DNA of 64,000 nt. Source: Salisapilia sapeloensis CBS 127946 (taxonomy: Eukaryota; Protista; Oomycota). The position numbers were made by a program, and so were the translations under genes. Of the stretch, positions 11,859 to 23,231 are shown in pieces (positions within the stretch are counted from its first letter, which is position 1; the number at the start of each line of letters is the position of its first letter). The notes beneath the pieces are model-generated. The model made no database searches and was not told where the DNA came from. It was given only the letters and a program-made list of their open reading frames with translations. The DNA is taken from assembly GCA_023334545.1 (NCBI GenBank), contig JAADVB010000068.1, forward strand, positions 13,468-77,467, given 5' to 3'.

Positions 11859-12443
11859 TAAAGCGAAGAGCTCGCCGATTCTTTCGGCCGCTTTTTCAAA
11901 TGTGCACATGTCGAGTACTAGGCGTAACTTGAAGTCTTCTCGGAGATGGTATCCTCCCGATTGTATCAAAGACAAAAGATCACTCGCTTTTGCATTTCTA
12001 GTCTGATGGAAACATTATATTGAAATGCTTCGTCAGGTTTTTAACGGTAAGTGGCAAAGCAAAATCGGCTACTCTCAACGACCGCAGAGTTTACGAAGTA
12101 GATTATCATGAATAGACTGACAGGATGCGAGTCCCCAATTCCTCTGGATTCTGATTCAGTGCGACCACGGCTCAAAGATATCATCGGCCTAGATAAATTT
12201 GATCACTTCAGCGTATATCAACCAAGCAGAAGCAACCAAAATTAACGACTCCAAGTCAGTAACGACGGCACTACCGTCTCCAATCGAATCATAGGCATAG
12301 CCAGAATCCTGAAATGAAGGTACAAAACCTCATACGAGGAAACCAGCACAAGTACTATCAACTTCAACATTCTATTCGAACCTAATCCAGTACTTTGATC
12401 ACAACTGGTACACACAATATCAAAGTAAAGAGGTAAACCTCTC

Positions 12444-12450
12444 TCATTTC
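12444..12450 (+). promoter_or_regulatory. Oomycete Inr-like core promoter motif TCATTTC upstream of the S53 peptidase gene
   Basis: Matches YCAYTYY about 25 nt before ATG 12473. A short motif, so it could be chance. Confidence 0.35.
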
Positions 12451-12472
12451 ATAGCCGAAGAGCTGACGGAGG

Positions 12473-14716
12473 ATGAACATACGAGTACTGCTTATTAGCT
12501 GCCTATTCATGGCCTTCCTAGGCACTACCAATGCCAATAACTCCCATCGTCGCTTGAAACCATTCACTAGTGGCGTATATAACCAACAAGAACGTGCGAA
12601 TGGTGAATACATCTACCCTCTTTCAATCGGTCTTGAGATCGAAGACTGGGCGGCACTCGAAGAGCAGTTCTACCAGCGTTCCAATCCATCGTATGTACTC
12701 TCCATAACGTCTTCATACACTGCAATATTCATAATCTAGTTGCATGGCGTCAGGCATCCGAATTACGGCAAGTACTTGACAGCATCCGAAGCGAATGCGC
12801 TGTCGAAGCCATCAGCAAATGCTATCAATGCCATTCGCCAGTGGATAGAACCCCATGCGAATGCACGAGGTAGCTTTAACCCCACCACCAACGTCTATAA
12901 GGTAGCTATTACTATCGAATCCATGCATCTATCTACTCAGATGCGAACTATTGATTCCCACTAGGTTCCCATCACTGTCCGAAGGCTGGAGCATTTGCTC
13001 TCGACAGAAATCCACACGTTTGTGCATACAGATTCCAAGCACAGACTGTTACGTAGCTCCACACCTTTATCCTTACCACCTCATCTACAGTCCATGATCT
13101 CGTTTTTGAATATAAACACACATCCGCTTCATCTTCGTACGACAGCTACATCATCCGTAGACCAGATAGCAGAAGGAAGCAACACATTGGATGGAATACG
13201 AAATCTATATGACATTCCAGATGAGTTGGAAGTAACCAACGCCAGCAGTACGCAAGCTCTAGCTTCTTTCTATCAAGAGAACTGGAGCTCGAACGATATG
13301 AAAGAATTCTTCACCGAATTCCTACCAGAAGACTCGCTTCCTCGCGTCATCGCCAAGGGCAATAGGAAGAATAACCAGAATGCCCCGACGATCGAATCGT
13401 CACTAGATATGCAGTACCTCACAGGCATTGGACGCAATGCTCTCACCTACGTCTGGACGATGAACGGCAGCAACCCATACTCTGTCGAAGACGAACCGTT
13501 CCTGGAGTTTGCTCAGTCTGTCCTGGAAGCAGAGGATCCGCCACTCGTCATCTCGATCAGCTACTCGGACGATGAAGAGCACATCTTCCAAGCGTCAGAG
13601 GAGTACGCTCGGTCCTTTGATGCACTCTTAGCCAAGATGGGTCTTCGTGGTATCTCGGTGCTAGTTGCCAGTGGTGACGACGGTGTCGTTGGTCTACGTC
13701 CTTCCGTGTCAAAAATGGAAGATGATGACGTCTGTGATCGACATGGACCTCAATGGCCGTCGTCCAGCCCTTTTATCACCTCTGTGGGTGCAACGATGCA
13801 GCTAGCACCTTCTTCTTTTGATACCAATTACTTTTCCACCAAAGATGAAATTGTATGTAGTTCAGAAGTAGGTGGTGTCATTACGAGTGGCGGTGGCTTC
13901 TCCAACGTCTACACTCGTCCAGCGTATCAGGATCAAGTCGTACGTCGATACCTCCATCATAGAAGTACACCTCAGACACCAGGTTTCTTTAACCAAAGTG
14001 GAAGAGCCTATCCGGATGTCTCGGCTGTCGGTGCATCCTTTATCGTGTATATCGGTGGTAGACGTACGAGTGTATCTGGTACATCAGCCTCCACCCCTGT
14101 TGTCGCTGGGATGGTGACGTTATGGAACGACATGCGACTCAACGCTGGCAAGTCTCCTCTCGGTTTCCTCAATCCACTCTTGTACTCCATCTCGAACGTC
14201 TACCCAGACGCTTTTAATGACATTGTCATCGGTAACAATGGAGCTGTGAGAGGCAATAAGAAAGTCTGTAACGAGTCCTTTGCTGCTGTACCAGGATGGG
14301 ACCCAGCCTCCGGTCTCGGTTCGATTAACTTTACTACCATCTCGCACATCATCGAAAGGCTCGATGCTGACATGCAGCTACCAAACACTTCTTTCGTCGG
14401 TGGTGTGTCACCAAAGACTGCATTGGGCTGTGACGACACGCTCCGAGCACCCAAGGCACCAACACCAACGACACAAGAAACAAGGAAAGAATCTGATAGT
14501 AGCACTATCATCCTTGTCATCAGTGTCATCATCGCCATTCTCGTTATCGAAGCAATCGTCTTCCATTGGTATCGCAAGCGAAACTCCGAGTACGATCCAC
14601 TCGATAAGAAACCATTAACAAGCATCGAAATGGATGACAGAGGAGAGATAGAACAAGGGATAGACACTCCTGATGTAGACGTGACGACAAGAAACAACGA
14701 AAGCGTAATACAGTAA
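12473..14716 (+). CDS. Tripeptidyl-peptidase I / sedolisin (S53) with signal peptide, prodomain and C-terminal TM anchor; 3 exons
   Basis: Introns 12691-12753 and 12902-12964. Signal peptide MNIRVLLISCLFMAFLGTTNA, prodomain SNPSHPNYGKYLT, catalytic E-xxx-D (IESSLDMQY), SGDDG, GTSASTP, Ca-site GWDPASGLGS, TM IILVISVIIAILVIEAIVF. Confidence 0.92.
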
Positions 14717-14743
14717 CTCCATGTTCTTCCGTTTTGCCATCGA

Positions 14744-17209
14744 CTAGGATAGCCAAATGGCTTTCACATCATCCTGACCAAACATCTTCTTGCACGTTGG
14801 ACACTTGCGATTGCGAGACTTGAGATTCCCTTCCACACACTCACGACAGAACATGTGGAAGCACTTGGAGATGATCACGTCCTTCCGTCGATCTTGACAT
14901 ACGCTGCATTTGACCGTATTCTGCAGATCCCGCAGCTCCAGACGCTCCAAGTCCGTTACTTCCCCCGTCGCATGACTCGACCGAGCATCAGCTAACAGTC
15001 GCTCCGCGCGCTGCTTCTGACGTCTGTAGCTATCGCACTGCTCACACGGTTTCTGCCTCTCCGCCTCCACTTGCTGCTGTTTGAGCTTGAGATCATTCAG
15101 AGACTGCGTATACACGTGCTTAGTGGTCGTCGCCTCCTGCATGGACTTGACACGATCCGCCGCAGCGGCATCTCGTTCCTCCTCCACCTTGTGCACATAA
15201 GCCTGGAGGGTCTCGAGCTCCTTCACTTTGGCATTCAAAGCTTCCTTGGAGGACTCGAGTGTCGACTTCTGCTGCTTATGAACAGCCTTTAGCGACGACA
15301 CTTCGAGCCGAGCAGACGTGAGCTCTTCAAAGCAGTGGCTCTTGGCCTGCTCCTCCTTGGCGACTTGACTCGTCAGTTTCTTGACAGCCGATCGCTTTTC
15401 TTCAAGCTGTTGCGTCAGCTTCTTCTTCGCCTGCACCGCAGCCTCCTGCTCCTGTCCGATCGTATCGATTTCGGCTAACAAGGCATCATTCTCCTCTCTC
15501 GCAGCCTCTTCGTTCGCTTTCGCTTCCTTCATCTGTTTCTCCATCTCGACAAGTTGTTTCTGAGCTTGTGAGAGCTCTTCTTGGACTCGTGCAAGCCTCT
15601 CATCCATCTCCTCTTGCTTCTCTAAAGCTGCACGTAACTTATCATCTGCACTCTTCCCTTCTGTCGCACGAAGGTTATCTAATGCACTCTGAAGCTCTTC
15701 ATTCCTACCGACAAGAGACTTATTCTCGGTCTTTAGCGTCTCGAGCTGACTATTTGAGACAGCAGATGTGATCTCATCTGAACGCTTCTTCTCTCTCTCA
15801 ACCTGTGTCTTCAAACTCTCCTTTTCTCTCGCTAGAGCTTCATGTAATGACTTCAACTCCACTAGTTCATCTCGCATCGATGAACAAGTCGCCACTTTCT
15901 CTCGTAAGGCACTGTTCTTTGCATGTAGTTCATCTGCATGTGTCTTTGCTTTCGTCAAATCTGTCTGGAGCTTACTCATCTTCTTCTTCCACTTTTCTGC
16001 AACATGCTTTTCGATATCTTTGGCCTTGTATCGAATCTTATTAAACTCGTCTGTCATGTGCTTCTTCTCTTCTTCCAACACATGTATCCGATCAGCATGG
16101 TCTTGACGAATACTAGCTTCCTCTTTCTTCCAAGCAAGCTCAGCTGCTGTCCACTTATCAATCTCTCGCTTCAGCTCGTCCGACCGACTACGCTCCTGAT
16201 GAAGCTTATCGGATAAAACCTTGGCATCTTCCTGCATCTGCCCAACGATCAATTCATGCTGCTTGCGTTCGTCCTTCAGAGCTTCCGCCACCTGCTCCGT
16301 CGGTACAGGTGACTGCTTTTCATTTCCTGGACTCGTATTTTCTTCCTTCACCTGTCCATTAGCATCGGAAGACTTTTCTTCTTGTAGAGCATGCGCATCG
16401 ACGAGGGACTGGAGACGATCCAAGTCTCGGCAAGCTCGATGTCGCTCCGTCTCTTTCTTTTCCATATCGTCCTCGAGATCTCGAATCTGTTGCTTATAGA
16501 CTTGCAGCTCTTCTTTCACACGAAGTAGCTCTGTAGATGTCTTTCGCTTCTCTTCCAACACCTTTCGACTGTCGAAAGACATGGCCTCTTGACTATTCAT
16601 CGACGTCAAAAGCTTTTGCAAGAGCGAACGAACGGCTTGTCGCTTCGGTTTTAAATCATCCTCTAGCTCTTCTTTAATATGCTCATTCTGTTCTGTACCG
16701 AGAGAATCGGATGGAGCACCAGTGTCGTGGGAAGATGGTAGCTCGACCTTGTTTTCATTCCGACTGATCGAGAGGAACCAGTCTGGGAGACAGAGCTTCA
16801 CATCTTTCGAGTACATCCGATTGACGTCCACGAGTTCACTATCGGATGCATTTAAGACTGTATCCCAGTCCTCCTGACTATCTAGAGCTTCTTGTGGCAA
16901 TAACGAAACCAAGTCATCTACGAGCTGGATCCACTCGGAACGCAATGTACGTAAAGTTGCATCACTAATAGCACTACGCCTATATAAAGTCTCACACTTT
17001 TGTGCTAGAAATTGCAACCGACGATTCTTTTCCATCATGTCCAACTGCATCGCGTGGTTCTTGTCTTTGACAGCTTCGATCGTATCTGGATTCGCTTCGG
17101 GCATCTTTTCCTCAAGCTTCAGCTTCTTGTGAGCATTGCTACGTGGACTTGAAGCACCCCTCTTCACACCTACTTCATCTCGACCGTTCATATCCGTCGA
17201 CTCGGCCAT
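14744..17209 (-). CDS. BRE1: E3 ubiquitin ligase BRE1-like (long coiled coil plus C-terminal C3HC4 RING), intronless
   Basis: C-terminal LKCSVC-type RING CSVCQDRRKDVIISKCFHMFCRECVEGNLKSRNRKCPTCKKMF. Probable ATG at 17209 (MAESTD). Confidence 0.88.
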   Translation of the reverse strand: MAESTDMNGRDEVGVKRGASSPRSNAHKKLKLEEKMPEANPDTIEAVKDKNHAMQLDMMEKNRRLQFLAQKCETLYRRSAISDATLRTLRSEWIQLVDDLVSLLPQEALDSQEDWDTVLNASDSELVDVNRMYSKDVKLCLPDWFLSISRNENKVELPSSHDTGAPSDSLGTEQNEHIKEELEDDLKPKRQAVRSLLQKLLTSMNSQEAMSFDSRKVLEEKRKTSTELLRVKEELQVYKQQIRDLEDDMEKKETERHRACRDLDRLQSLVDAHALQEEKSSDANGQVKEENTSPGNEKQSPVPTEQVAEALKDERKQHELIVGQMQEDAKVLSDKLHQERSRSDELKREIDKWTAAELAWKKEEASIRQDHADRIHVLEEEKKHMTDEFNKIRYKAKDIEKHVAEKWKKKMSKLQTDLTKAKTHADELHAKNSALREKVATCSSMRDELVELKSLHEALAREKESLKTQVEREKKRSDEITSAVSNSQLETLKTENKSLVGRNEELQSALDNLRATEGKSADDKLRAALEKQEEMDERLARVQEELSQAQKQLVEMEKQMKEAKANEEAAREENDALLAEIDTIGQEQEAAVQAKKKLTQQLEEKRSAVKKLTSQVAKEEQAKSHCFEELTSARLEVSSLKAVHKQQKSTLESSKEALNAKVKELETLQAYVHKVEEERDAAAADRVKSMQEATTTKHVYTQSLNDLKLKQQQVEAERQKPCEQCDSYRRQKQRAERLLADARSSHATGEVTDLERLELRDLQNTVKCSVCQDRRKDVIISKCFHMFCRECVEGNLKSRNRKCPTCKKMFGQDDVKAIWLS

Positions 17210-17390
17210 CGACACCTTGGTCCTCGACGTCCCCCTTTGCAGTCCCTGTAATTGGTGTGGGATCGGTCGAGCGAAACGTCTGCGTTCTTGTATGTCTCGT
17301 AGAACATGTATAATGACGTGTAACAGACATAGTGAAAGGAAGAGAGACACGATCTCCCACAGTCATTTGTCGAAAGGAAGATCAGACACC

Positions 17391-18167
17391 ATGTCGCTCG
17401 TGCCGATGGACGATATCATCTACCTCGTACCAGAGGACAAGTCGGAAGAAGTCCGTCCCTTGGAGGAAAAGGAGCTGGGCGAGCGTGCTGAGCGAACGAA
17501 AGCCATTTCGACCATATTGGACATTGCTTCCATCCTCGTGCATTATTGGAATCTGAACCCATCTATAGCGAATCTCGTGCTCGAGTACATGGGCATCAAT
17601 GCTTTCACGATGAAAGCGGAAACTCATGAAATAGTCAGGAGCGTTAACAATGCGAATCAAATATATTTGGAGCTACCGACGCCATCCATGGCAGCTTTGG
17701 ATCTGCCGAAAGGTGTCTCGTCTGGACCATGCAAAGCCATTATAGTCGAGACGACATCGAAAGACCAAGGCTGGGCTTCTCAAGATAACCATTTTTCTGG
17801 CACATACCGTGACTCGTGGACGTGGTTCGATCTCCGTGTCGCTCGGTTCGAAGCTGAGGCTGGGGACGAGCGACTGGTAGCGGAAGACCAAGTCACGTCT
17901 AACCTCCGCTGTCATCGCGACTATCGCCACCATCGCAAGGAGTACACGGATCCTGACGGTCTTATCCAATCTGTCCTACCAGGCGATATTCTTCGTCTCG
18001 TCATCCGATCCAAGTTCGGCGCCTGGACGAATAACGTCAAGTACGGACTGCTCGAAGTCTCCTTTCCGATATTCTTTAACGAAGATTTTGCGGATCAAAG
18101 TAACATTCGATCCATCCCGACACGCAAGTCTTCGAATAAATCGAATCGAGAGTGTTGCATGCAGTAA
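17391..18167 (+). CDS. Uncharacterised 258-aa protein with SKDQGW..SWTWF domain and C-terminal CaaX (CCMQ)
   Basis: ATG at 17391 (MSLVPMDD) and protein-like composition. Motifs TSKDQGWAS, GTYRDSWTWFD, PGDILRLVIRSKFGAWTNNV. Ends RKSSNKSNRECCMQ*. Confidence 0.75.
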   Translation: MSLVPMDDIIYLVPEDKSEEVRPLEEKELGERAERTKAISTILDIASILVHYWNLNPSIANLVLEYMGINAFTMKAETHEIVRSVNNANQIYLELPTPSMAALDLPKGVSSGPCKAIIVETTSKDQGWASQDNHFSGTYRDSWTWFDLRVARFEAEAGDERLVAEDQVTSNLRCHRDYRHHRKEYTDPDGLIQSVLPGDILRLVIRSKFGAWTNNVKYGLLEVSFPIFFNEDFADQSNIRSIPTRKSSNKSNRECCMQ

Positions 18168-18221
18168 CAATGGAACTCAAATACATGATATTGGGAATTA
18201 AAAAATATGTATTAATTTTTT

Positions 18222-19933
18222 TTATTTACTAAACACTTGATCAATCTGTTCTAACGTCAAGCCTTTTGTCTCTGGTACCTAGTGCATCCATAAATACATG
18301 AATCGTACAGTAGGAAAAGGTAGAAGGTAAACCTTGAGGTAGACGAAAGTGAGCGAGATGGCTGTCAGGAGTGCGTAGAATAGAAATGCATTGGAAGTAC
18401 CTAAAAAATTCTTTAGATATATCCGGTACGAGTAGATAGAAGACATACCGAGTGCATAAAAGAGTGTCAACAAAGTCTGGTTCACCACAGCACTGGATAA
18501 CCAGAAAGATGCAAAGGCGATGCCCATGCCGAGAGAACGATGCTCATCTGGTAGTAACTCGGCGCAGATGACGTACATGAGCGGTGCCCAGCTCAGATTC
18601 CACGCGAAGATAAAGACGTATAGCGTCCACATGCCGACATCCTGTGCTGTCTCTGACTCTTGCATCGAGAAACTGAACGCGAACGATAAATGGCAAGAGT
18701 ACATGACGATGGAACCTAGAAGCAACAAGCTCCTTCGACCGAATCGATCGACGGCGAACATGGCACAGCTGACACCAAGCAGTTTGGCGATCGCGACGCC
18801 GACTTCCTTTGTCATTTCCTCCGTCGCGATACGATCTGGATCGAGAGCATCTAAGATATAGCTAGAGTAATACAACATGGCGTTGGCGCCAGTAGCGCTC
18901 TGGGCAATACCGATCGCGATGCACATGAATAAACGAGGACGAAGGGATACATCTCGAACGATGTCTAGTAACGAATGCCATAAACTACAGTGCAGTCCTT
19001 TGTGGATACGAAAGCTCTTGAGACGTTGATCAGGGTCTGCGTCTTCTTGGAAGAGAAGGCGGACAGCATCTTTAGCTTCCTGCTCTTTGCTTTGCTATCG
19101 TATACAGATAAGACGAAGGAATATCATGGTAGAGCTATAGAAAGGTACTGATAGGAGCCATCGAGGTGATTCTGGAAGGAATGGGACGCCGAGAAGTTGT
19201 AAGACAGGTGGGATGATCGTTACCGACAGCATGTATCGCCATCCGTACGGGATGTTCTGTAAGAGACCGCTAGTGATGATGGAGATGAGACAGCCAATGC
19301 AGACCATCAAGTCGTTTAATGCCACAAGTGCTCCTCGATGCTCTGGTGATGCAACCTCCGCGATATAAGCAGATGAGCACGGTCCAGAACTCCCGACTGC
19401 AAGACCAGCAAGGAATCTACCTATAAGCATCGTGGACATGGCAGTAGCGAATGTCATGAAGATGGAGCCTGTGAGGAAGAAGGAGGCTGTTACAAGAATC
19501 GCCTTCTTCCGACCGAACCAGTCGGCGAGGATACCCCCGCTAAATGATCCGAAGACCGCACCGACCATGAGTACGCTCACGATACTCTCGGCATACGCAG
19601 TCGAAAGGTCAAAGTCCTATAGAGTACTCAGTATCGGAAGTTCGTTATTAGATGAAAGGAGACTACCTCCTGGATAAGAGGCAGAGCGATGACCATGACA
19701 CACAAGTCATAGCCAAAGAGGAAGCCAGAGAGAGCACTCAGAGCGCAGATCCAGAACTGGATGCTACATGAAGAATGCGTCGCGAGCACCTTTGGTGCAT
19801 CGGACCCGGCACTCGTGTCCTTCACGACGTCTTTCGTATCCACGGCGTCTTCCTTCGTCACGACCTCAATTGTAGATTCAAGGTCTTCCTCCTGTTCGGA
19901 TGCTTCTGGCACAGCTTCATACGTCCGCATCAT
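18222..19933 (-). CDS. MFS sugar porter family transporter; 5 exons
   Basis: Motifs GFLFGYD, ADWFGRK, GRFLAG, YIAEVASPEHRG, PESPRW, VDRFGRR, VPETKGLTLEQI. Four GT-AG introns keep the frame. Confidence 0.9.
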
Positions 19934-20568
19934 GGTGCCTCAAGTACTAAACACAATACGTTCCTCTGCTCCACGTGATCTCTAATCTTCCTTGCTAACG
20001 TGCAGCCACTCTCTCTACACAGATGGTCTCCGTGGAACCCGGTACCACTAGGATGTGACGAAGAGATGAAAAGAGATTTTAAAATGCAAGATGTCTATGC
20101 TCAAGTCCTAGCTCTCGAGTCTAAATACAGATACACCAATCGACAATACCTTATCCTAGATAAAGTCACGATCTGTCATGTGGAAGCAGGAAGAGTAGAG
20201 TTCGCGATAGTTTTTAAATACAGGACGTCTATAGTTCCTACGTATCTAATTGGAAAAGATAAACGCTCTCGTAGGTATTGCTATAGTACAGGGTGGTAAG
20301 AACTGATAGAGATTCTATTCGACTAACTCATTTCAACGCACATATACGCCTAGATCAAGGTACAAAAGGGATAGCTTTCACGGAGGTAATGGCTGACTTA
20401 ATGACGATCGCGTTCGTCATTTTCGATTAAAGCAGTGTTGGGAAGGAGCTCATTGATTAAAGCCATTTGTATGTCGCTTTAAATGCAAAAGTAGAAGCAT
20501 AGTGCGAGTACTAGCTACTTAGATCGTAGAGATCGCTCTGGTGAATATATTGATGACTTATAGCTCAT

Positions 20569-21489
20569 CTACTTGGCTACGTGACTACAGAAAGCTCTAC
20601 CAACTGACTGCCGATGCAGTGGTCTCCATATCCCACCAGAAAGCTGAATTCTGGTCTTCCTGACAACTGCAGGACGCTGTCTTCTCACCTCCTGAACTTC
20701 TTTCACAGGTCGAAATGGAAACTACATAAGAGACGAATGTTAGTCCTACCACCAAATCATACGCTCTGCCTGCAATACCTTGCTCCTATCCACGATAAAG
20801 ACATACGTGATGCATGCATCTGGCTCAAACGCCTTTGCCAATGGATCCGTTGTGCGATGGTTGTACCCTGGGAAGAGTTTAATACGAAACGGTCGACGCT
20901 CTTTTAAAACTAGCCCAGCTTTCTTCGCTTGCTCCTCAATGAGCCAATTCGAGTACGGTGGCTTTGTCTTCAATGACACATGCACTTCCCCTCTTTCCTC
21001 TAGTTTCTCTCGAGCACTGATAAAGAAATCCAAGAGCAAGATACGATTGATATGCACACGTTGCTGACCACTGTGAGGGAAGTTGAAGACGATATAGTGA
21101 AAGAATGGAGGAGAGTGAGTAGACGATAGGTCTTGTAACTTGGTGGCGTCGACGTCATGCAAGACGACAGCGCCAGCCTTGACTACTGCATTAATGCATT
21201 CCTCTGCATTGCTGTACTTCATCTTGACCTTGGACTCAGAGTCATATGAGGTTGCAACCAAACTTTTGCCAGTACCTCGATGAGCTACGAGGCCCTTTGC
21301 AAACGAAAAGTCTATCAGACATAATGAGCTCGTCATTGCCAGCTACATCTTCTTATTCTTATATATGGTACCTCCATCACCCACAACTAGTACCCACTGT
21401 GCTGGCGAGTAGATAGGCTCTTCCTTTTGCTGCACACGTTGTCGTTTCTTGCGCTTTGATGCGCTCGAGGTAGACGCCTTCCTCTTCAT
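20569..21489 (-). CDS. BMT5: 25S rRNA (uridine-N3) methyltransferase BMT5-like (DUF2431); 3 exons, 3' end uncertain
   Basis: MKRKASTSSASKRKKR (NLS-like)...VLVVGDG-DFSFAKGL...LVATSYDS...VDATKL...IVFNFPH...GEVHVSLK..PPYSNWLI...FPGYNHR. The last exon is read through to TAG at 20569. Confidence 0.78.
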
Positions 21490-21738
21490 CGTCGTCGTGA
21501 CCACCACCTGTCCTCCTACTTTTGACTTGATTTAAGTATACCACCAGCACACATATATACTTTGATTCGAGCATGTCGAAGACATGTACATGCTTCGAGG
21601 CTACGCTATGGACATCGCTCGTAGCACTGTTGGCTTATAACATAGTGAAAAAGACCGTCTACATCTTCCTGTCTAGTACTTATACTTCAAAATGACTTCC
21701 TGCATGGCAACATGTACGAACGGAGTTGTATTCATCCT

Positions 21739-22623
21739 TTACTCTACTTTAACATCCACTTCCGCCGTCTCCATATTGTCTGTGGCTTGAGAGTGCAGTT
21801 GTTCGACATCCTGAAGTAGTGCCAATGCCTTCTCTAAGACCAGTGCCGATGACCGAAGGTTATCTTTCGAAGCTTGCATTGTAAATGCTTTCACGGAAGA
21901 TAAAGTAGCCTCTTTATTCTCTTCCAGGAGCTGTTCCAAGTGCTCTAGCTGTCTCGAGACACTTGTCAACTTCTTTTCTAAACTCCCATATTGACACTTC
22001 ATTGCTCCACAGACTTGTGGCAATGATTCAGAAGGATGGCTGATGTCAATGATACCAGGAGAGTAGATACTATCCGTCGCTTCCATCTCTTTTTTCGAGA
22101 TAAAAGTATGCAAACGAGCTCTATACGTGCACTTGCCATCAAACTCGAATCCGTCTAGACTATACAGTGTATCGGCATTATCATGTGGAATGAACTCCAC
22201 GTGTACAGATAGACGCTGGCTGCTACCAGACATGCAAAGGTCGCCATCGTCGAACACCATGTACTTGTATTGCAACGTCACAGGATCGAGCTTCCATCCG
22301 TGGAAGATGCCTAATAGTCGACGTTTGGACTCGGGATCGTCTTCACCAGTTGGGACTAGCGTCACGTTATTGTAGTTGCATACATCCAGCATATAAGCTT
22401 GATCGCCAAGCTCTACTGGCGTCGATGCCACACAAGTCCGATCTCTAGACAGCGGTCCTCGAGCACCATGTGGCGTTCGGATTGGAATTGGACCTACTGG
22501 TACATTGTCTTTTTCGTTGCCTTGTTTGTGAAAGATCTTGACTTGCGTCCGCTTCGCCTCGATCGTGAAAATGGCGAGGAAGAGCGCCAGGTAGAGCACA
22601 CTTGGCCGCATGGGATGCTGCAT
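21739..22623 (-). CDS. Secreted/ER mannose-6-phosphate receptor homology (MRH) domain protein (GNPTG / glucosidase II beta / OS-9-like) with C-terminal coiled coil
   Basis: Signal peptide (M at 22623 or 22611: MRPSVLYLALFLAIFTIEA). YMLDVCNYNNVT, LLGIFHGW, YMVFDDGDLC, KCTYRARLHT. Confidence 0.7.
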   Translation of the reverse strand: MQHPMRPSVLYLALFLAIFTIEAKRTQVKIFHKQGNEKDNVPVGPIPIRTPHGARGPLSRDRTCVASTPVELGDQAYMLDVCNYNNVTLVPTGEDDPESKRRLLGIFHGWKLDPVTLQYKYMVFDDGDLCMSGSSQRLSVHVEFIPHDNADTLYSLDGFEFDGKCTYRARLHTFISKKEMEATDSIYSPGIIDISHPSESLPQVCGAMKCQYGSLEKKLTSVSRQLEHLEQLLEENKEATLSSVKAFTMQASKDNLRSSALVLEKALALLQDVEQLHSQATDNMETAEVDVKVE

Positions 22624-23231
22624 TCGCGTTTGGGGCGATTTTGACTTGGATTTGTATGTCCTGTAGAACATATTGGTAACAGTAGATGTCTCATGAAGGC
22701 ATTATCCGAGGTAGACGATAGATCGAGTACTTGTCTAGGAAGGCATGCTTTATTCAATTATATTGTGCAAGTTCACTACCACATCGACATGCAGAGTTAA
22801 TCTGCACCCGAGTAGACTGAAGCGGTTTGTCACTTTAGTCTCCACTACACGTTTCAACGGTTTCAACGTCCTCTACATCTCCTCATCTCGAACCTTCACT
22901 CGCCTTCGAGTCTACCACGATCCCATACATATCTAAAACGTCGGATGTATACAGTTCTTAGGCTCTTCAATCCAGTCCAAACTCTTTCATGTTCGACTCG
23001 TCACTCGAACCGTCGACGAAACATCCTAAAGATAGCACAAGTAGGTACATGTCGATACGAAGCACTTTGTTCCTCCAATCTACGTCCTATCTCCTCCACC
23101 ATGCACACTGCGTCATTCTCGTTATCTTCCATATTCCACGACTGGGCGAACATTTTTGAGCTCCAAAATATCCTGTATCAGGCTCCATCCTTCGCTACCT
23201 TCGTCACATCTTATACAGTAAGCAAAGGAAG

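Noticed and set aside
12536-12600. RRLK...QQER after the signal peptide of the S53 gene as an RxLR-dEER effector motif
   Set aside because: The protein is a complete membrane-anchored sedolisin. The match is degenerate and falls in the prodomain.
20000-20299. 99-aa plus-strand ORF between the sugar porter and BMT5-like genes
   Set aside because: It starts at a non-ATG codon in the track and has no recognisable motif or supported splice model. It cannot be called without expression data.
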